A DNA stretch of 61,446 bases, filler included, from Squatina squatina (GCA_031763465.1; 3 parts of 3 records of this genome joined end to end with filler, not necessarily neighbours in it), one strand, 5' to 3'; numbered from the whole stretch's first letter, positions 12,963 through 26,046 are shown. Notes: generated from the letters alone by a model not told the origin. A program made the numbers and translations.

Positions 12963-14593
12963 NNNNNNNNNNNNNNNNNNNNNNNNNNNNNNNNNNNNNN
13001 NNNNNNNNNNNNNNNNNNNNNNNNNNNNNNNNNNNNNNNNNNNNNNNNNNNNNNNNNNNNNNAACACCTTACCTCCACCCTGAACTAATATGAATGGTCC
13101 CTCAGGCTCTACAGAAATTTCTCATGTGTTTCTAAAAGCCTCAATTACAATAGTATTTTGGGAAAACACCCAGCCATCTCTGTTGAATAAACTTTAAGTG
13201 CCTTGGGGTTAGATTAAGAGAACGTAATATTGTTGTGAAAACAGGAATTTCTAAAGGCCACTGTCTTTCATTTGACTTCATCAAACCAAAATTTCCATGA
13301 TCTTTCTATATGTATTCTTCAACGGGGCTTTAATTCACACTGTTTATATCCATAAATCAATTGTTAGTGTGATAAACGTTGCCCTTTGGATTGTCCTTAC
13401 ATTACAGCCTACTCCCCTGATCAAACCAGGAACAATTAAAGTCACAACTGATGTGAGGGAGCATCGGAACATGCTACTAAAAGAAATAAATACGCAAAGT
13501 GAAGGTCAACAGAAAGCCAAAGAACTTTCTTGTCTTGTTGCTTTGTGCTATTCCTTACATTCCTTCAATATAGCTCAAAAGTAGGAATGTATGTGTGTTA
13601 AGGGATTTCTATGTGAGCCTGATTTCCCACTCTGTGGAGATGGCTTACTTTATTTAATTGCATTAAAACCTCCATTCTCAATGTTACATAATTATGAGGA
13701 GTCTTTGAACGTGTGTGTGTGTGCATGCACATGTACCTGTCTAGCTTTCATGCACATGCACATATGAAATATATGCCCATCCATATTCATGTCACGTTTA
13801 TTTGCTAATTTAATCTTTACCAAAAATCTGTGGCGTTATAGCTACAATGCCCAACTTCTTCTAATGAATCTTTGCAAACTGGTTGCAAAATCCATTTTAG
13901 ACACAGGTTACTGAAGCACATCCCATTTATTTCAACGAAGCTGTGCACAAGAATGTCTGAAAGCATTGATATAGAAGGGATGGGACAGATTTAGTATGGA
14001 GGAGGGGGTTACTTGCCAGAACTGGGTCATGAAGGTCACTAATCAGCAAGGATTTCACTGCAGAAACAGGATGCTGAGCATCATAGTGTGCATATTTCAG
14101 TTCTGATCTCTTGCATGAAAGTTTGAGCTGAGTTGGCAGCCAAAGCGTATGTCCTTGACTTCATTTTCCTATTGCTTTTCCACAAAGTGATGTCCAGTCA
14201 ACTTAATGGCTCCCTCCATGGCACCTCCTTTTCTTTAATTCAAGTTGGCAGATCATGATCTAAGCGCTTGGCAGGGATCATTAGATTTGATTGGAGTTAG
14301 CTCTCGGTTCTTTATGGTTTAATGGTATTTCAGACTTTGTGACTCGGGTATTTGTACTCCTTCAAGCAATCTCATTTTGTGAACTAGTCAAGCAAAAATG
14401 AAAGAATATGTTCAACATTTAAGAGATAGTCTCTAAGATCTCAACTTCGTCCTCGTAGATTTATTGTTGCTTCTCTAACAGGCATTCTTTTTTGGGTATT
14501 CCAGATGAATACGTTTATGCTTCCAGGCCACTTTTCTCTAGCAACTACCTCTCCTCTCCTCAAGTAATTGACTTGTTGGTGATTCCATGGTGC

Positions 14594-14993
14594 CAGTCTT
14601 GGTTCAGTGGTAGCGCTCTTGCCTTTAAGCCAGCAGGGTATGAGGCTTAGCCCTACTCCAGAGACTTGAGCACATAATCTAGGCTGAAAATTCAGTGCAG
14701 CACTGAGGGACTGCTGCACTGTTGGAGATTCTGTCTTTCAGATATATTAAACAAAAGCCCTGTCTGCCCTCTTATGTGGATTTAAAGATCCCAAGGCACA
14801 ATTTGAAGAAGAACAGAGCTCTGCCAGTGTCCTGGCCAACCGTTATCTCACAACTAACAGTACTAAGAAAAGATTGCTTTGCCATTTATCTAATTGCTAT
14901 TTATGGAACCTTGCTGCGTGCAAGTTGGATGCCATATTTCCCTACATTAAAACAGTGACTACATTTCAAAAGTACTTCATTGGCCATGAAATT
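14594..14993 (+). mobile_element. Near full-length tRNA-derived Deu-domain SINE
   Basis: tRNA-like head with A-box (tggttcagtgg) and degenerate B-box, followed by the shared body and tail. Confidence 0.8.
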
Positions 14994-15869
14994 NNNNNNN
15001 NNNNNNNNNNNNNNNNNNNNNNNNNNNNNNNNNNNNNNNNNNNNNNNNNNNNNNNNNNNNNNNNNNNNNNNNNNNNNNNNNNNNNNNNNNNNNGTTTGAT
15101 TATGGGTCCAGATCCAAGAGTAAAAGCAATGATAACCTTTGAATAAATTATGAATTGTTGAATAAAATATGAAGACTAATGTCACATTGCTACATAAATT
15201 GGGTTTACTTATATACTCTTTTCTAATATTTGTTGAAGTGCCATGGTGGTGGGCCGAAAAGCTAAATCAACAAATAATGGTTTTACTATCTTGTACATGT
15301 TTTGAAATTAATATGAATTCCAGAAACATGTGCCGTCGATTATAGCTGCTTTTCTGCACAAAGAAGCCTTCGGTGAAAACCTTTATGCTAATGAAGGAGG
15401 AATGCCGAGCTGCATGAGCTTTGATGTCTCGTTTAACATCGAGTGCAAAAATCACTGCTCAAAGCCTTATCCTGTAGTCACAGTTGTTGACGCTGCTTGA
15501 CATTTGCAAATTCATCTCCCTTTAGCACCTGTTAGTTCCTGCATTGACTGACGGTACTTGAGGGAAGTTGTTTGAACAGTGATTCAGTCATGAAATCAGT
15601 GTTTATTGGTCTTGATAACTTCAATTAAATTGACCCAAAAAGATGATGCGTTATGAAGACTGGCTTACGTCCTGCTCCTCACCGGGCAATCCCAGTGAGA
15701 CATCTCAAAAACAGTGCTGGATTTTAACTCTATGTCCATGAAAATGAATTAAATGTGGTAGGAGATAAATATACTTATGTTTCGCTCTAATTTACTTTAC
15801 TTCTTCTGAATGCATCCTGCAATAGTAGTTAAACAGATGGCAACAGCCTTCTGGTACATTGTGAGCCAA

Positions 15870-16237
15870 AACAAAGAGAAAAAGTACTAGGCAAATTAAT
15901 GGGACGAAAGGCTGACAAGGCCCCTGGACCTGATGGCCTGCATCCTAGGATCTTAAAAGAAGTGGTTACAGAGATAGTGAATGCATTGGTTATAATCTTC
16001 CAAAATTTCCTGGATTCTGGAAAAGTCCCAGTGGATTGGAAAACAGCAATTGTAACATCCTTTATTCAAGAAAGGAGGGAGACAGAAAGCAGGTAACGAG
16101 AGGCCAATTAGCCTAGCATCTGTCATTGGGAAAATGCTGGAATCCATTATTAAAGAAGTAGTAGCAGGACATTTAGAAACTCACAACAAAATCAAGCAGA
16201 ATCAACTTGGTTTTATGAAAGGGAAATCATGTTTGAC
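15870..16237 (+). mobile_element. CR1 LINE reverse-transcriptase fragment
   Basis: KAPGPDGLHPRILKE..VPVDWKTA..GFMKGKSCL motifs, with frameshifts. Confidence 0.9.
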
Positions 16238-16337
16238 NNNNNNNNNNNNNNNNNNNNNNNNNNNNNNNNNNNNNNNNNNNNNNNNNNNNNNNNNNNNNNN
16301 NNNNNNNNNNNNNNNNNNNNNNNNNNNNNNNNNNNNN

Positions 16338-16422
16338 CCATTCTTCTAGCCTATCTATGTCCTGTTGCAGTCGATTGGTATCATCCTCACTGTTTGCCAC
16401 ACCTCCAAGTTTGGTGTCATCG
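16338..16422 (-). mobile_element. CR1 RT fragment (DDTKL motif)
   Basis: Encodes DDTKLGGVANSEDDTNRLQQDIDRLEEW. Confidence 0.85.
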
Positions 16423-18454
16423 TTCCATTTCTTGTTGCTTTTTATCTCCAGACCTTTTTCCTCCTTTCTCTGATCCTCGCCTGAAAGAACTGATTCATGC
16501 TGGAGTTTGGACCTATAGCCCTCCAACACCCAAGCAGCCATTCATCATGTATCAGGCCAGGCAGAGGATGCTGGCATGCTATTCGTCAATGGGGCACTAC
16601 AAGCAAGTCTGATCATGCCCTCGCCCAATGTCATTGGATGGAAATCAGAAGCAGGAACCATGGCTGATTTTTCCTCTTGGCATGGGAATGCTGGGACAAT
16701 AGCCCCACTGTTGCCCCAGCTAAGGTCAGGTAATGTGGCATAGACCAGAGATTGAATGTGGGTCCTTCCTGTTCTGCATAATTCAATACTTTACCATGTG
16801 GTGCCGTCAGGAAGGCTTTTCCTTATTCCCATTTTTAGCCCACTTTTTCTCTGCATTTTTAGCCACCTCCGTATCATCCACTAATCATTTACCAAGAGCA
16901 GACAGGTGGTCTTTATTGTCTATTCTCTGACAAGCTGCTGATGATCTGCCTCTTTATGGTGTTGAAGAGTCCTCCAGGGACACTCAGCTTCTGCCTCTCC
17001 TTCACTGTGCAGGGAAGCTCTCCATTTGCAACAGGGATCAGCACTAGCTAGAATAAAATGGTTTACTGCTCTGAGAAAGGAAAAGAATGGAGTTAGCTGG
17101 ATTCTTGTTTGAACATTATGAAGCCAGTATAAGATTCATATCTCATCCTCAGAAATGCTGCAGTTTTAATAAGGTTCCTCTAACTGAACAGCTGATTATA
17201 ATCAGTAACTGTGTCTATTATTTACTGATAAACCACAGATAAAAACATACCTAAGCTTACACCACATTTATCGTGGTTTAAAAAAAGAGAAAATAACAGG
17301 ACTCAAGAATTGTTAGAGAAAAGAGATGGTTTTCAGTAGATGATGTCCATGTTTGTGAAGCTAACTTTTGAAGCTATCGTAGAGAATGCTACGATATTTG
17401 AACTTCATCTTTTACCTTGGTGTAAAAAGAAGTTCTCACATGACTGTGGAGTTTGTGGCATTGCTGAACCACAAAAGCATAGGAAGACTGCAATTTTCTG
17501 CTCCCCGCTAACTCAAGGATGCTGTGGTCCCGTACAATGCCCCTTCAGCATCTTTGGCTGAGATCAGCGAATGTGGTCCTTTCACACATTCGATATTTTG
17601 TTAGAAATTAAAAACCGGGAGAATAGCTCCAATGCTGCATTGTATCTTTAACCAGCGAACCTAGCCAAGCATTTGATTCTATCACTGCTGTTAATGTTTT
17701 GACTGGCACTGATTGCAATCACACAGCAGTCTTGCACCATGAGTCCTGCTTTATTCTATTGACTTTGCTCAGTGGGAGCCTTGAATAGTGCAATCTTATA
17801 CAGGGTAACCCATGTGTTCTCATCATTGTTTTTTCTCTGTGACAGATCTTCTTAATTTATTTGGGAAAGAACAATGGGAGTGCACAGTCATTGGTTTCTT
17901 AAGGCAATGCACAAGAGGTGACAGCCATAATAATTAGAAATAATACCATGGTCACAGGCTGTTGCTGCTTTTTCCAGTTCATTAAAAATACATCAAAATT
18001 GTAATTTTGCACAATTAAAGTAATGTGGAGATAGTTTAGAGGAATGGGTTTGTGTTTTTAATATTTGTCCAATATCCCTTCAAAGACTGCAGAAGCAATA
18101 TGTGGAATATTAAGGAAACTGATGTGGATCTTGTTGATTGTGTGGTGCAATTGTGCTGATTTTTCAGAGTCTATTTCATAATAATCCAAGATGGTGCGAG
18201 GAGTCGGAGTCGGCACAAGGCCACGTGCTAAGTAGCTTACTGCTACTGATACAGTACCTGTCTGTGCCTCAGTGCCATTACTCCTCTAGTACCACTCAGC
18301 AGCCAGTGCCATTTTACGCCCACAATATCATGCTGACTCATTTTCAATATTACTAAGCATCCTATACTGCTCTGGCTATTCAGGACAATTCTGAGCACAT
18401 TCAGTATCACTCTCAGCAACAACTCTGAGTACCACTCTCACTACTCTTGTTTTT

Positions 18455-18543
18455 ATTATTCATCTACTGGATGTGGGCATCGCTGGCAAGGCCAGCATTT
18501 ATTGCCCATCCCTAGTTGCCCTTGAGAAGGTGGTGATGAGCCG
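18455..18543 (-). mobile_element. LINE 3' terminus (shark-type CR1/L2-group family)
   Basis: gggcatcgctggcaaggccagcatttattgcccatccctag; a second copy lies at 33780-33826. Confidence 0.65.
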
Positions 18544-19397
18544 NNNNNNNNNNNNNNNNNNNNNNNNNNNNNNNNNNNNNNNNNNNNNNNNNNNNNNNNN
18601 NNNNNNNNNNNNNNNNNNNNNNNNNNNNNNNNNNNNNNNNNNNTGATACCCTTACCTAACAAAGCATCCACAGCCTTTTGGGGGAGAGAGTTACAGATTT
18701 CCACAGCCTTTTGTGTGGAAAAAGCTGCTTGCTAATTTGAAAGCAGCTTTTCAATTAACTTTATTTATTTAGACATCGCTTGACAGCCAGTAAGTTTGAT
18801 TTTTGCTATGAAGCCCAGAGAAGTACGCTGCCGCTGAAATCTACTGTAATCCATTTCATTGAGTGTAAAAGAAGGCGAGAGGTTATCACTTCTACAGTAA
18901 CAAGGAAAGTCTTGCTGTGTTGGATGCAGGTGCTGGAATTTAATATAATCAATGCTTCTTTGTCAAGCTTCCAAGTCCCACAACAGCACTGAAAGACCTT
19001 TTCATGTACTAACCCTCAGTAATGCTACCTAGCAGACGCGTGATTTTCTTTTTCTCTCCTCTTTTATCTCTGTGAATATTTTCCTGTCTTCCACCCTGCT
19101 GTGTTTGTATGGATGCAATACAAAGCCTGTTTTGAGAATAAAGAGATAATCAACAATTATACTACTGCGACTGTAGACACCCTCCACGCTTTATAGAGAT
19201 TAGTAATTCAGAATCTGTCTAAACAACAGCCTGCTGCATATTAATTTAAAATGCAGACATAATACAACTTGATCATTTGAAACCAAAACTCCATCTGTTC
19301 CAAAGGCAGCTTTGTTTTAAAATTAATTTTGAAATTTTTATTTTTCTAGTTAGAACTGATATCCCTTTTCCCAGATCTATCGTTTTTTGTATTGTCG

Positions 19398-19497
19398 NNN
19401 NNNNNNNNNNNNNNNNNNNNNNNNNNNNNNNNNNNNNNNNNTTAATTAATTAANNNNNNNNNNNNNNNNNNNNNNNNNNNNNNNNNNNNNNNNNNNN
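19398..19497. other. Artificial scaffold-joining spacer (44N-TTAATTAATTAA-44N)
   Basis: Exactly 100 nt with a six-frame stop linker; an identical construct lies at 45303-45402; the genes on either side are unrelated and truncated. Confidence 0.95.
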
Positions 19498-19805
19498 CTT
19501 TGAGTTTCGTCAAAGCCGAACGTTTGCCTCATTAACATCGAATTCCCATGCTGCCGCTCTGTTACCATGGTTATCAGCAACTTCTATCACCTTAAGTTTG
19601 AAGGCTGCCGTGTAACTTGCTTGTTTCGCTGCCATCGTAACGGCTAAAATTTTTAGCCGTTACGATGGTACAAAGAATCCCACCTTATAAACCGCAAAAG
19701 TCTAGGTGCGTATTATACATGGTGATAAGACAAATTTGAATCTTTGTTCATGAAAATCAGAGTGTGTATTATATTTGGGGGCATATTATATTCAGAAAAT
19801 TACGG
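19498..19805. mobile_element. Right end of a Tc1/mariner (Tc2/pogo-type) non-autonomous element
   Basis: Ends ...tattatattcagaaaattacgg|TA with repeated gcgtattata-like subterminal motifs. Confidence 0.6.
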
Positions 19806-19991
19806 TATCTTCTATGTCAAACAGTGTTCCTTCCAACGGTAAAACAGTCTTAGCTAAGAACTTAAATACCACAAGGGCCCTTGTACAGTTCACTTACAAG
19901 TAATCTCTTTCCAGGAGTTCCATTATTGAATAGAATTAAAAATATTTATTCTCCCCTCCATCAAGAGAAATCAAGAAATATAAACACATAC

Positions 19992-20595
19992 CTTTAATGA
20001 TGTCTGTGAACAATCTTACAGGTAGTTTCACAAAATCTTCTGTCTTGTGAAGCTGTGACAGGTGTGTTTTTGCACATTGTTTTGCTGCTGTGTACAGTTT
20101 CTGGTCACTGTGCTGATCCGCTAACCACATGACCTGTAAACAGTTCCTGATGTCAACTGTCCGAGCCAGAAACCGAGAGCACTCTTCAAAAAGTGAGGTC
20201 AACTGGTACATATCCGCCACCTCGTATGTCTCCTGCAGATCCTCCACCCTCAATTTTACAGTCCCCCGGTAGATATAGTCCACAAGGAGCTGGAAAACGC
20301 TTGCATTCACATCTTTGAGTTCTATAACATCATTGTGCGCTTCCTTTAGATTAGAGGTGAACATGGAACGGAAGAAGCAGCTCTGAGCAGAAAGCACTAG
20401 CCGGTGGAGCTGGAATTCTTTACCTTCCACAGAGATGGTAACATCTGCAAACAGCCTGTCTTCAAGGCACAGATCCATAATGCTCTGAGCAACTCGTACA
20501 GAGTGTAATCTGTCCGTGAAGGTGTAGCTCATGAAGTAACTCTCCTCTGTTGGACCTGCAATGGTTGCACCTCCAGCATCGCCACTTAGCTCCAT
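19992..20595 (-). CDS. KBTBD4: Kelch repeat and BTB domain-containing protein 4, BTB/BACK exon (downstream exons cut off by the scaffold end)
   Basis: FADVTISVEGKEFQLHRLVLSAQSCFFRSMFTSNLKEAHN..DMYQLTSLFEECSRFLART matches KBTBD4; acceptor AG at 20604-20603, donor GTATGT at 19991; head-to-head with NDUFS3 as in human. Confidence 0.95.
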
Positions 20596-20840
20596 ATTGC
20601 AACTGGTAAAATCAGAACCTATGAGAACAATTTCATTTTAAAAGGATATGTCACTTACAATTTTTGATGTATTTTTATTACATATTGAGAAACACCACAA
20701 TGTTACTAGATTTGCAGAAATATAAAGTTAGCAATCCCTTNNNNNNNNNNNNNNNNNNNNNNNNNNNNNNNNNNNNNNNNNNNNNNNNNNNNNNNNNNNN
20801 NNNNNNNNNNNNNNNNNNNNNNNNNNNNNNNNNNNNNNNN

Positions 20841-20912
20841 GGTTCGGCACAACATCGTGGGCCGAAGGGCCTGTTATGTGCTGTATGTTCTATGTTCTAT
20901 GTTCTATGTTCT
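20841..20912 (+). mobile_element. CR1 3' terminus with (TATGTTC)n tail
   Basis: gggccgaagggcctgt followed by four tatgttc units. Confidence 0.8.
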
Positions 20913-21297
20913 ATTACTAAAATGGTTATTAAGTAGGAGGCAAACATCATCTAAAATAACAAACAAGATGTCTCATCCAAGGAACTTTTTGATAAGATGT
21001 CTCACCGTAGCAATTTTACACAAACACCTGTTGTGCAAAGCTGTAAAAAATCTTTCTTCTTCCCAGTTCTTTCAATTTGGCTTTTTTGGTCTCCATGTGG
21101 TGCCAGCATAACTGATAGTGAAAGTAACTGTGATAAAATGAAATGGAAAGTAATTTTTGGCCATTAAATTGTTTTGTTTGCCCAGTACTATATCCTGCAA
21201 TCTTGTAATTATTATTCTGCTCAATCCTATATGTCAATATATCACGGGTGTTGGATCACACATGAGTAAATACCATTGGTTTGTCTTTATTAAACAG

Positions 21298-21447
21298 GTG
21301 ACATGTTTCAATGAGTTGGAGATTTTTATCCATCCAGATGGCATAATACCAGTGCTGACATTCCTGCGGGATCACACCATTGCCCAGTTAAAATCACTTG
21401 CTGACGAGACTGCAGTGGATATCCCTTCTCGTCCATTTAGATTTGAG
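21298..21447 (+). CDS. NDUFS3: NDUFS3 (complex I 30 kDa subunit) exon 4
   Basis: 150-nt AG/GT exon encoding [50 protein letters not shown]. Confidence 0.88.
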
Positions 21448-22525
21448 GTAATGGGGGAAGGGGTCAGGAGAGAGGGAAATAGTGCGATTGTACAATTGTG
21501 CTATAAAATATTACTTTTATAGCAGCTTTCAAAATGTGCACATTTGTAGCAGCAATTTCAAATTACTTTGCAAATATAAAATGTTAGATTTTACATGGAA
21601 GGATTATTTCTTGGTTTGTTGAACTATTTTGGTGCAGCAATAATGTATTGTTTCCTAAAAGATGATAATGATGGCGTAACAATCAAACGTCTAAGTCTTA
21701 GACTCCTATTTGCTAACCATGGTGCCGTGANNNNNNNNNNNNNNNNNNNNNNNNNNNNNNNNNNNNNNNNNNNNNNNNNNNNNNNNNNNNNNNNNNNNNN
21801 NNNNNNNNNNNNNNNNNNNNNNNNNNNNNNNNNNNNNNNNNNNNNNNNNNNNNNNNNNNNNNNNNNNNNNNNNNNNNNNNNNNNNNNNNNNNNNNNNNNN
21901 NNNNNNNNNNNNNNNNNNNNNNNNNNNNNNNNNNNNNNNNNNNNNNNNNNNNNNNNNNNNNNNNNNNNNNNNNNNNNNNNNNNNNNNNNNNNNNNNNNNN
22001 NNNNNNNNNNNNNNNNNNNNNNNNNNNNNNNNNNNNNNNNNNNNNNNNNNNNNNNNNNNNNNNNNNNNNNNNNNNNNNNNNNNNNNNNNNNNNNNNNNNN
22101 NNNNNNNNNNNNNNNNNNNNNNNNNNNNNNNNNNNNNNNNNNNNNNNNNNNNNNNNNNNNNNNNNNNNNNNNNNNNNNNNNNNNNNNNNNNNNNNNNNNN
22201 NNNNNNNNNNNNNNNNNNNNNNNNNNNNNNNNNNNNNNNNNNNNNNNNNNNAATGATTTGTCTACAGAATCTCTTGCTGGTTGTACTGGAAAACAAAGTA
22301 TAGAGTTAAACAATCAAAAAAATCCAGCTGAAAACAATAACTTACAAACTGCCAAATCACTTGCCTAATTCCATGTGTCACAATAAATGTGTTGTAAAGT
22401 AAATGCGTTGACCTTCATAGTTTTGGAAATATGGACAAATTGTGGAAGAGCCTCAGATTGCTTGGTGCCTAAGTGCGTAATGTACTGATACTATAGTCAA
22501 GATTTTTCTGTTACCTTTCCAACAG

Positions 22526-22651
22526 ATTATATACAACCTGCTTTCACTGCAGTTTAACTCTCGTATTCGCGTGAAGACTTACACTGATGAGTTGACACCA
22601 CTGGATTCCTTAGTATCTGTATTCCAGGCTGCAAACTGGTATGAGAGAGAG
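22526..22651 (+). CDS. NDUFS3: NDUFS3 exon 5
   Basis: 126-nt AG/GT exon encoding [42 protein letters not shown]. Confidence 0.95.
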
Positions 22652-22974
22652 GTGAGCTGAAGCAATTGGAGGAAATGTTAATGGCCAGTTCTTTCTGTTA
22701 CTATTTGATCTCCAGGGAAGCAGTCTTCAAAGTGAAGCGAGATTAGAGAGTGGAAGATAATTGAACCAAGGGCAATGGAGTATTAAATATTGGAGGCCAG
22801 AGGGTGCAGATAGAGTGGTATGGACAGGGAGAGAGAAGGCACAGTAACATTATGAATATGTGCCGCAAACTCTTGCAATTGCAGTTTATGCTACGTAAAC
22901 GTAACTCGATTTGAAAAAAGTTATCTGGTTGTGAGCAGGATTAGAGATAGAAGGAAAAACTTCAAATAACTATT

Positions 22975-23100
22975 GAGGCAGTCAGCATCTGAAAGGCAAA
23001 GGGAGGCTGCGTTGCATTTGGGACTCTTCATCTGTTCTGACAAAGGGTTCTACCCAAAATATTACCTTTCCTTTTCAGATGCTCATTGGGCAACTTCTGT
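22975..23100. mobile_element. Degenerate inverted pair of Penelope-type terminal repeats
   Basis: cagcatctgaaagg on the left and ccttttcagatgct on the right form inverted arms around a decayed ctgacaaaggg..cccaaaa hammerhead-like core. Confidence 0.45.
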
Positions 23101-24534
23101 ATCTATTGAAGGTCATATACATCGAGACAAGGATGATTGTTATGCTTATGCTGGTGGGGTTTGGGGTGGGGAAAAGAGTTGTCTGTGGATGCCAGCAGGC
23201 CAGAGTTGAATGAATATTTGAGCTTTTACTGGATTATTCTTGGGGATAAATTAGTATTTCAGAAGTTTTCTCAGAAGATTAAATAGAAGGGTACATTGCA
23301 TGATATGGTAGAATGTGTATTATTTGTGGAATGAACAGGTTTGATGGGGATGAAAGGCCTTTTCTTCCTCTAAACTTGGTTTTGTTTTAAGATGGTTCAA
23401 TTTGTGACTGAAAANNNNNNNNNNNNNNNNNNNNNNNNNNNNNNNNNNNNNNNNNNNNNNNNNNNNNNNNNNNNNNNNNNNNNNNNNNNNNNNNNNNNNN
23501 NNNNNNNNNNNNNNATGATGACTTGCCCTCCAAAAGTTTCCTGCCCTGTGGCGAGGTGGGGGTGAAGATCACTTTCACTTAGTGTCAACTCCATGAAGTC
23601 AACAATGATAACTGACCAAGGGTACCGAGTCATTCTCCAATCCCATGGACTTCAAAACATCCCGAGTCCTTCTATCCCTAGTAGCGATAGATATTAATCA
23701 GGGTCATGTAGGCTAGAGTGATGAATGATTATGCACTGCAATGAACACTGGCAAGTTAAAAGTTTGTCAGTTGCGTTATCACTGGATCCATTCCAGGAGT
23801 CAAGGGGTCAAATATGTTCAGCCCATTTTTCAATTTCCACTGTGTGAGCCAAAGTTAAGATTTTTAAAAATGGTACTAAATGCAAATGGAGGAACCTTGG
23901 TAATGAGAAATTCAACATCAATGCCCTTACCAAAGAAGAGAAAAAATTCAAAGAAATTGCATGAGTAAATTCAGATGAGTGGGTAGGATTTAGCAGCCCA
24001 CTGTCCTCCTGAGCAGGTGAATGGAATTCAAACCAATGGCTCAAGAAAAACACTAGAACAAACTGGATGAACCAAATGACCTTTTCTCCATTCATGCTTT
24101 ATGTCCCTGATTTCAATAAAGATCATGGGGCTTTCACGGAGTAGTCAAACACTGATTATTGTGTGTTGTATTATAAGGTGCTTAATTCCCTCAAAATGCC
24201 ATGTGATTCACGGTTCTGCGATTTGAAACTATTGTATTGTACTGTGCTTATGGCCACTCAAATTGCATGAATATATGACATTACATGAAACTGAGATATA
24301 ATTTATTATTTTGCAACTTACATAATTTATTTTGGTCCTGTCACTTTTACAAAAAAAAGTATTTCTATCTTGCAAGTGCTCTTTTAGTACTGTATTGGGT
24401 TTAAAATTTAACACACAAAATCGTAATATCTTTCCTAAAATACAAGCACCTGCTGAATGAATGGACAAACATTTTGATGATTTTTGTTTAAACCTTACAA
24501 CTGTCAATTTTTTTAAATTTCAAGTTCTTAATGA

Positions 24535-24696
<162 letters not shown>

Positions 24697-24945
24697 TAAA
24701 ATAATCTGGTTTCTTTAATGATATACATCTTTTGAGTTTTTTGTTTCTCTTCCTCCTCCTTCTTTTCCCCTCCCCAAGTCATCTTTGTAAGTATTGGAGC
24801 GAAAATCTCTTGTGCCAATTGCTCATCTGCTTTTATTACATTAATCTGAAATAATTGCAAATAAAATCCTGGTGTTCAATGTCCTATCCTATCACCTATT
24901 ATAACCACTGACATGTCTTTGTCTAATTATTGTTCATCCTTCTAG

Positions 24946-25113
24946 GTACGTTATGATGATGAGGTAAAGCGTATTGTTGCTGAGCCTATTGAACTTGCCC
25001 AGGAGTTCCGCAAATTTGACCTCAACAGCCCATGGGAGGTTTTCCCAGCGCATCGTGAGCCATCTGAACTGCCAAAAATTGAGGCAGGGGAGAAAAAATC
25101 TGAGACAAAATGA
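24946..25113 (+). CDS. NDUFS3: NDUFS3 last exon (7)
   Basis: Encodes [55 protein letters not shown] followed by TGA. Confidence 0.96.
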   Translation, partial: VRYDDEVKRIVAEPIELAQEFRKFDLNSPWEVFPAHREPSELPKIEAGEKKSETK

Positions 25114-25219
25114 ACAGGGACAGCTGAATCTTTGGGAAAATCTTGACTAATGTCACTTTCAATGTGGACCTAAATAGCTGTTTTCTGTAATACCGAATGG
25201 CTTGTGTGGGATTTATGTA

Positions 25220-25225
25220 AATAAA
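25220..25225 (+). terminator. Probable NDUFS3 polyadenylation signal
   Basis: AATAAA about 107 nt after the stop codon, followed by a GT/T-rich tract. Confidence 0.7.
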
Positions 25226-26046
25226 TTACATGTATAAGGTTATTTTTTGTTGCAGTTTTAATTGTATTGCAACTCTTAATGTCTCTGTGTATCAAGAAAG
25301 AACAGTTTTAAATTGGACATTTAAACAATAGTGAGGCAGAGATGAAGTCAGCGGGATCTTTTGATTTGGCCCATGAAGCTCCTGCTGGTTCCTCTCTTTG
25401 TTCTTTAAAGTTCCTGTGGCTTGAGTACTGGAGAAAGCTGCTCCCTGACTGATGGATTATGACCAATCTGGAATCAGCCTTTACTAGTCTGCCAGGCCTG
25501 AGAAATTTGAAAGAGCTGGAGTTTCCAACTTTTCAGTTTTCAGGGAGGAGGGGGATGGTGGGGGAGGAGGGAAGGCCTCGTATTTTATGTGTGGTGGGAT
25601 CTTGCCTTTTTGTTTGTATGGGGAGTCTTGAATCTTGTGTGTATGGGGGAGATTATTTTTGTGTCTATGGGAATTTCAATCTCTACGTAAACATATGAGG
25701 CCCACTCACTGGTTTTGGCTCCCAGCTCTAAAAAGTTAGGTATCCTTGCAGTAAATCACAGGGTATAAACCTGTTCGTCACCTGCTTTTAGGGTTTTAAT
25801 ATTGGATTTGGTGGCCAGTATATTTGGTTATGTACTGCTTTGGTAGGATGTGTGAAATTGGTACAAAACCATAACATGATAAGTAATTGACATCCATTTG
25901 AAAACTTTGTAAGCCCAATTTTGCAGGTTCAGCATATTGTATCTGANNNNNNNNNNNNNNNNNNNNNNNNNNNNNNNNNNNNNNNNNNNNNNNNNNNNNN
26001 NNNNNNNNNNNNNNNNNNNNNNNNNNNNNNNNNNNNNNNNNNNNNN

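Noticed and set aside
19442-19453. TTAATTAATTAA palindrome as a biological site (piggyBac target, homeobox array)
   Set aside because: It is centred between 44-N runs and repeated exactly at 45347-45358, so it is an assembly linker.
21595-21730. ORF ...LSLRLLFANHG resembling NDUFS3 motifs
   Set aside because: The similarity is limited to a few residues and the true exons 5 and 6 are found downstream.
25921-26046. ORF-track N-terminus MQVQHIVS of RAG1
   Set aside because: It comes from a different contig read through an unsized gap; the real N-terminus is missing.
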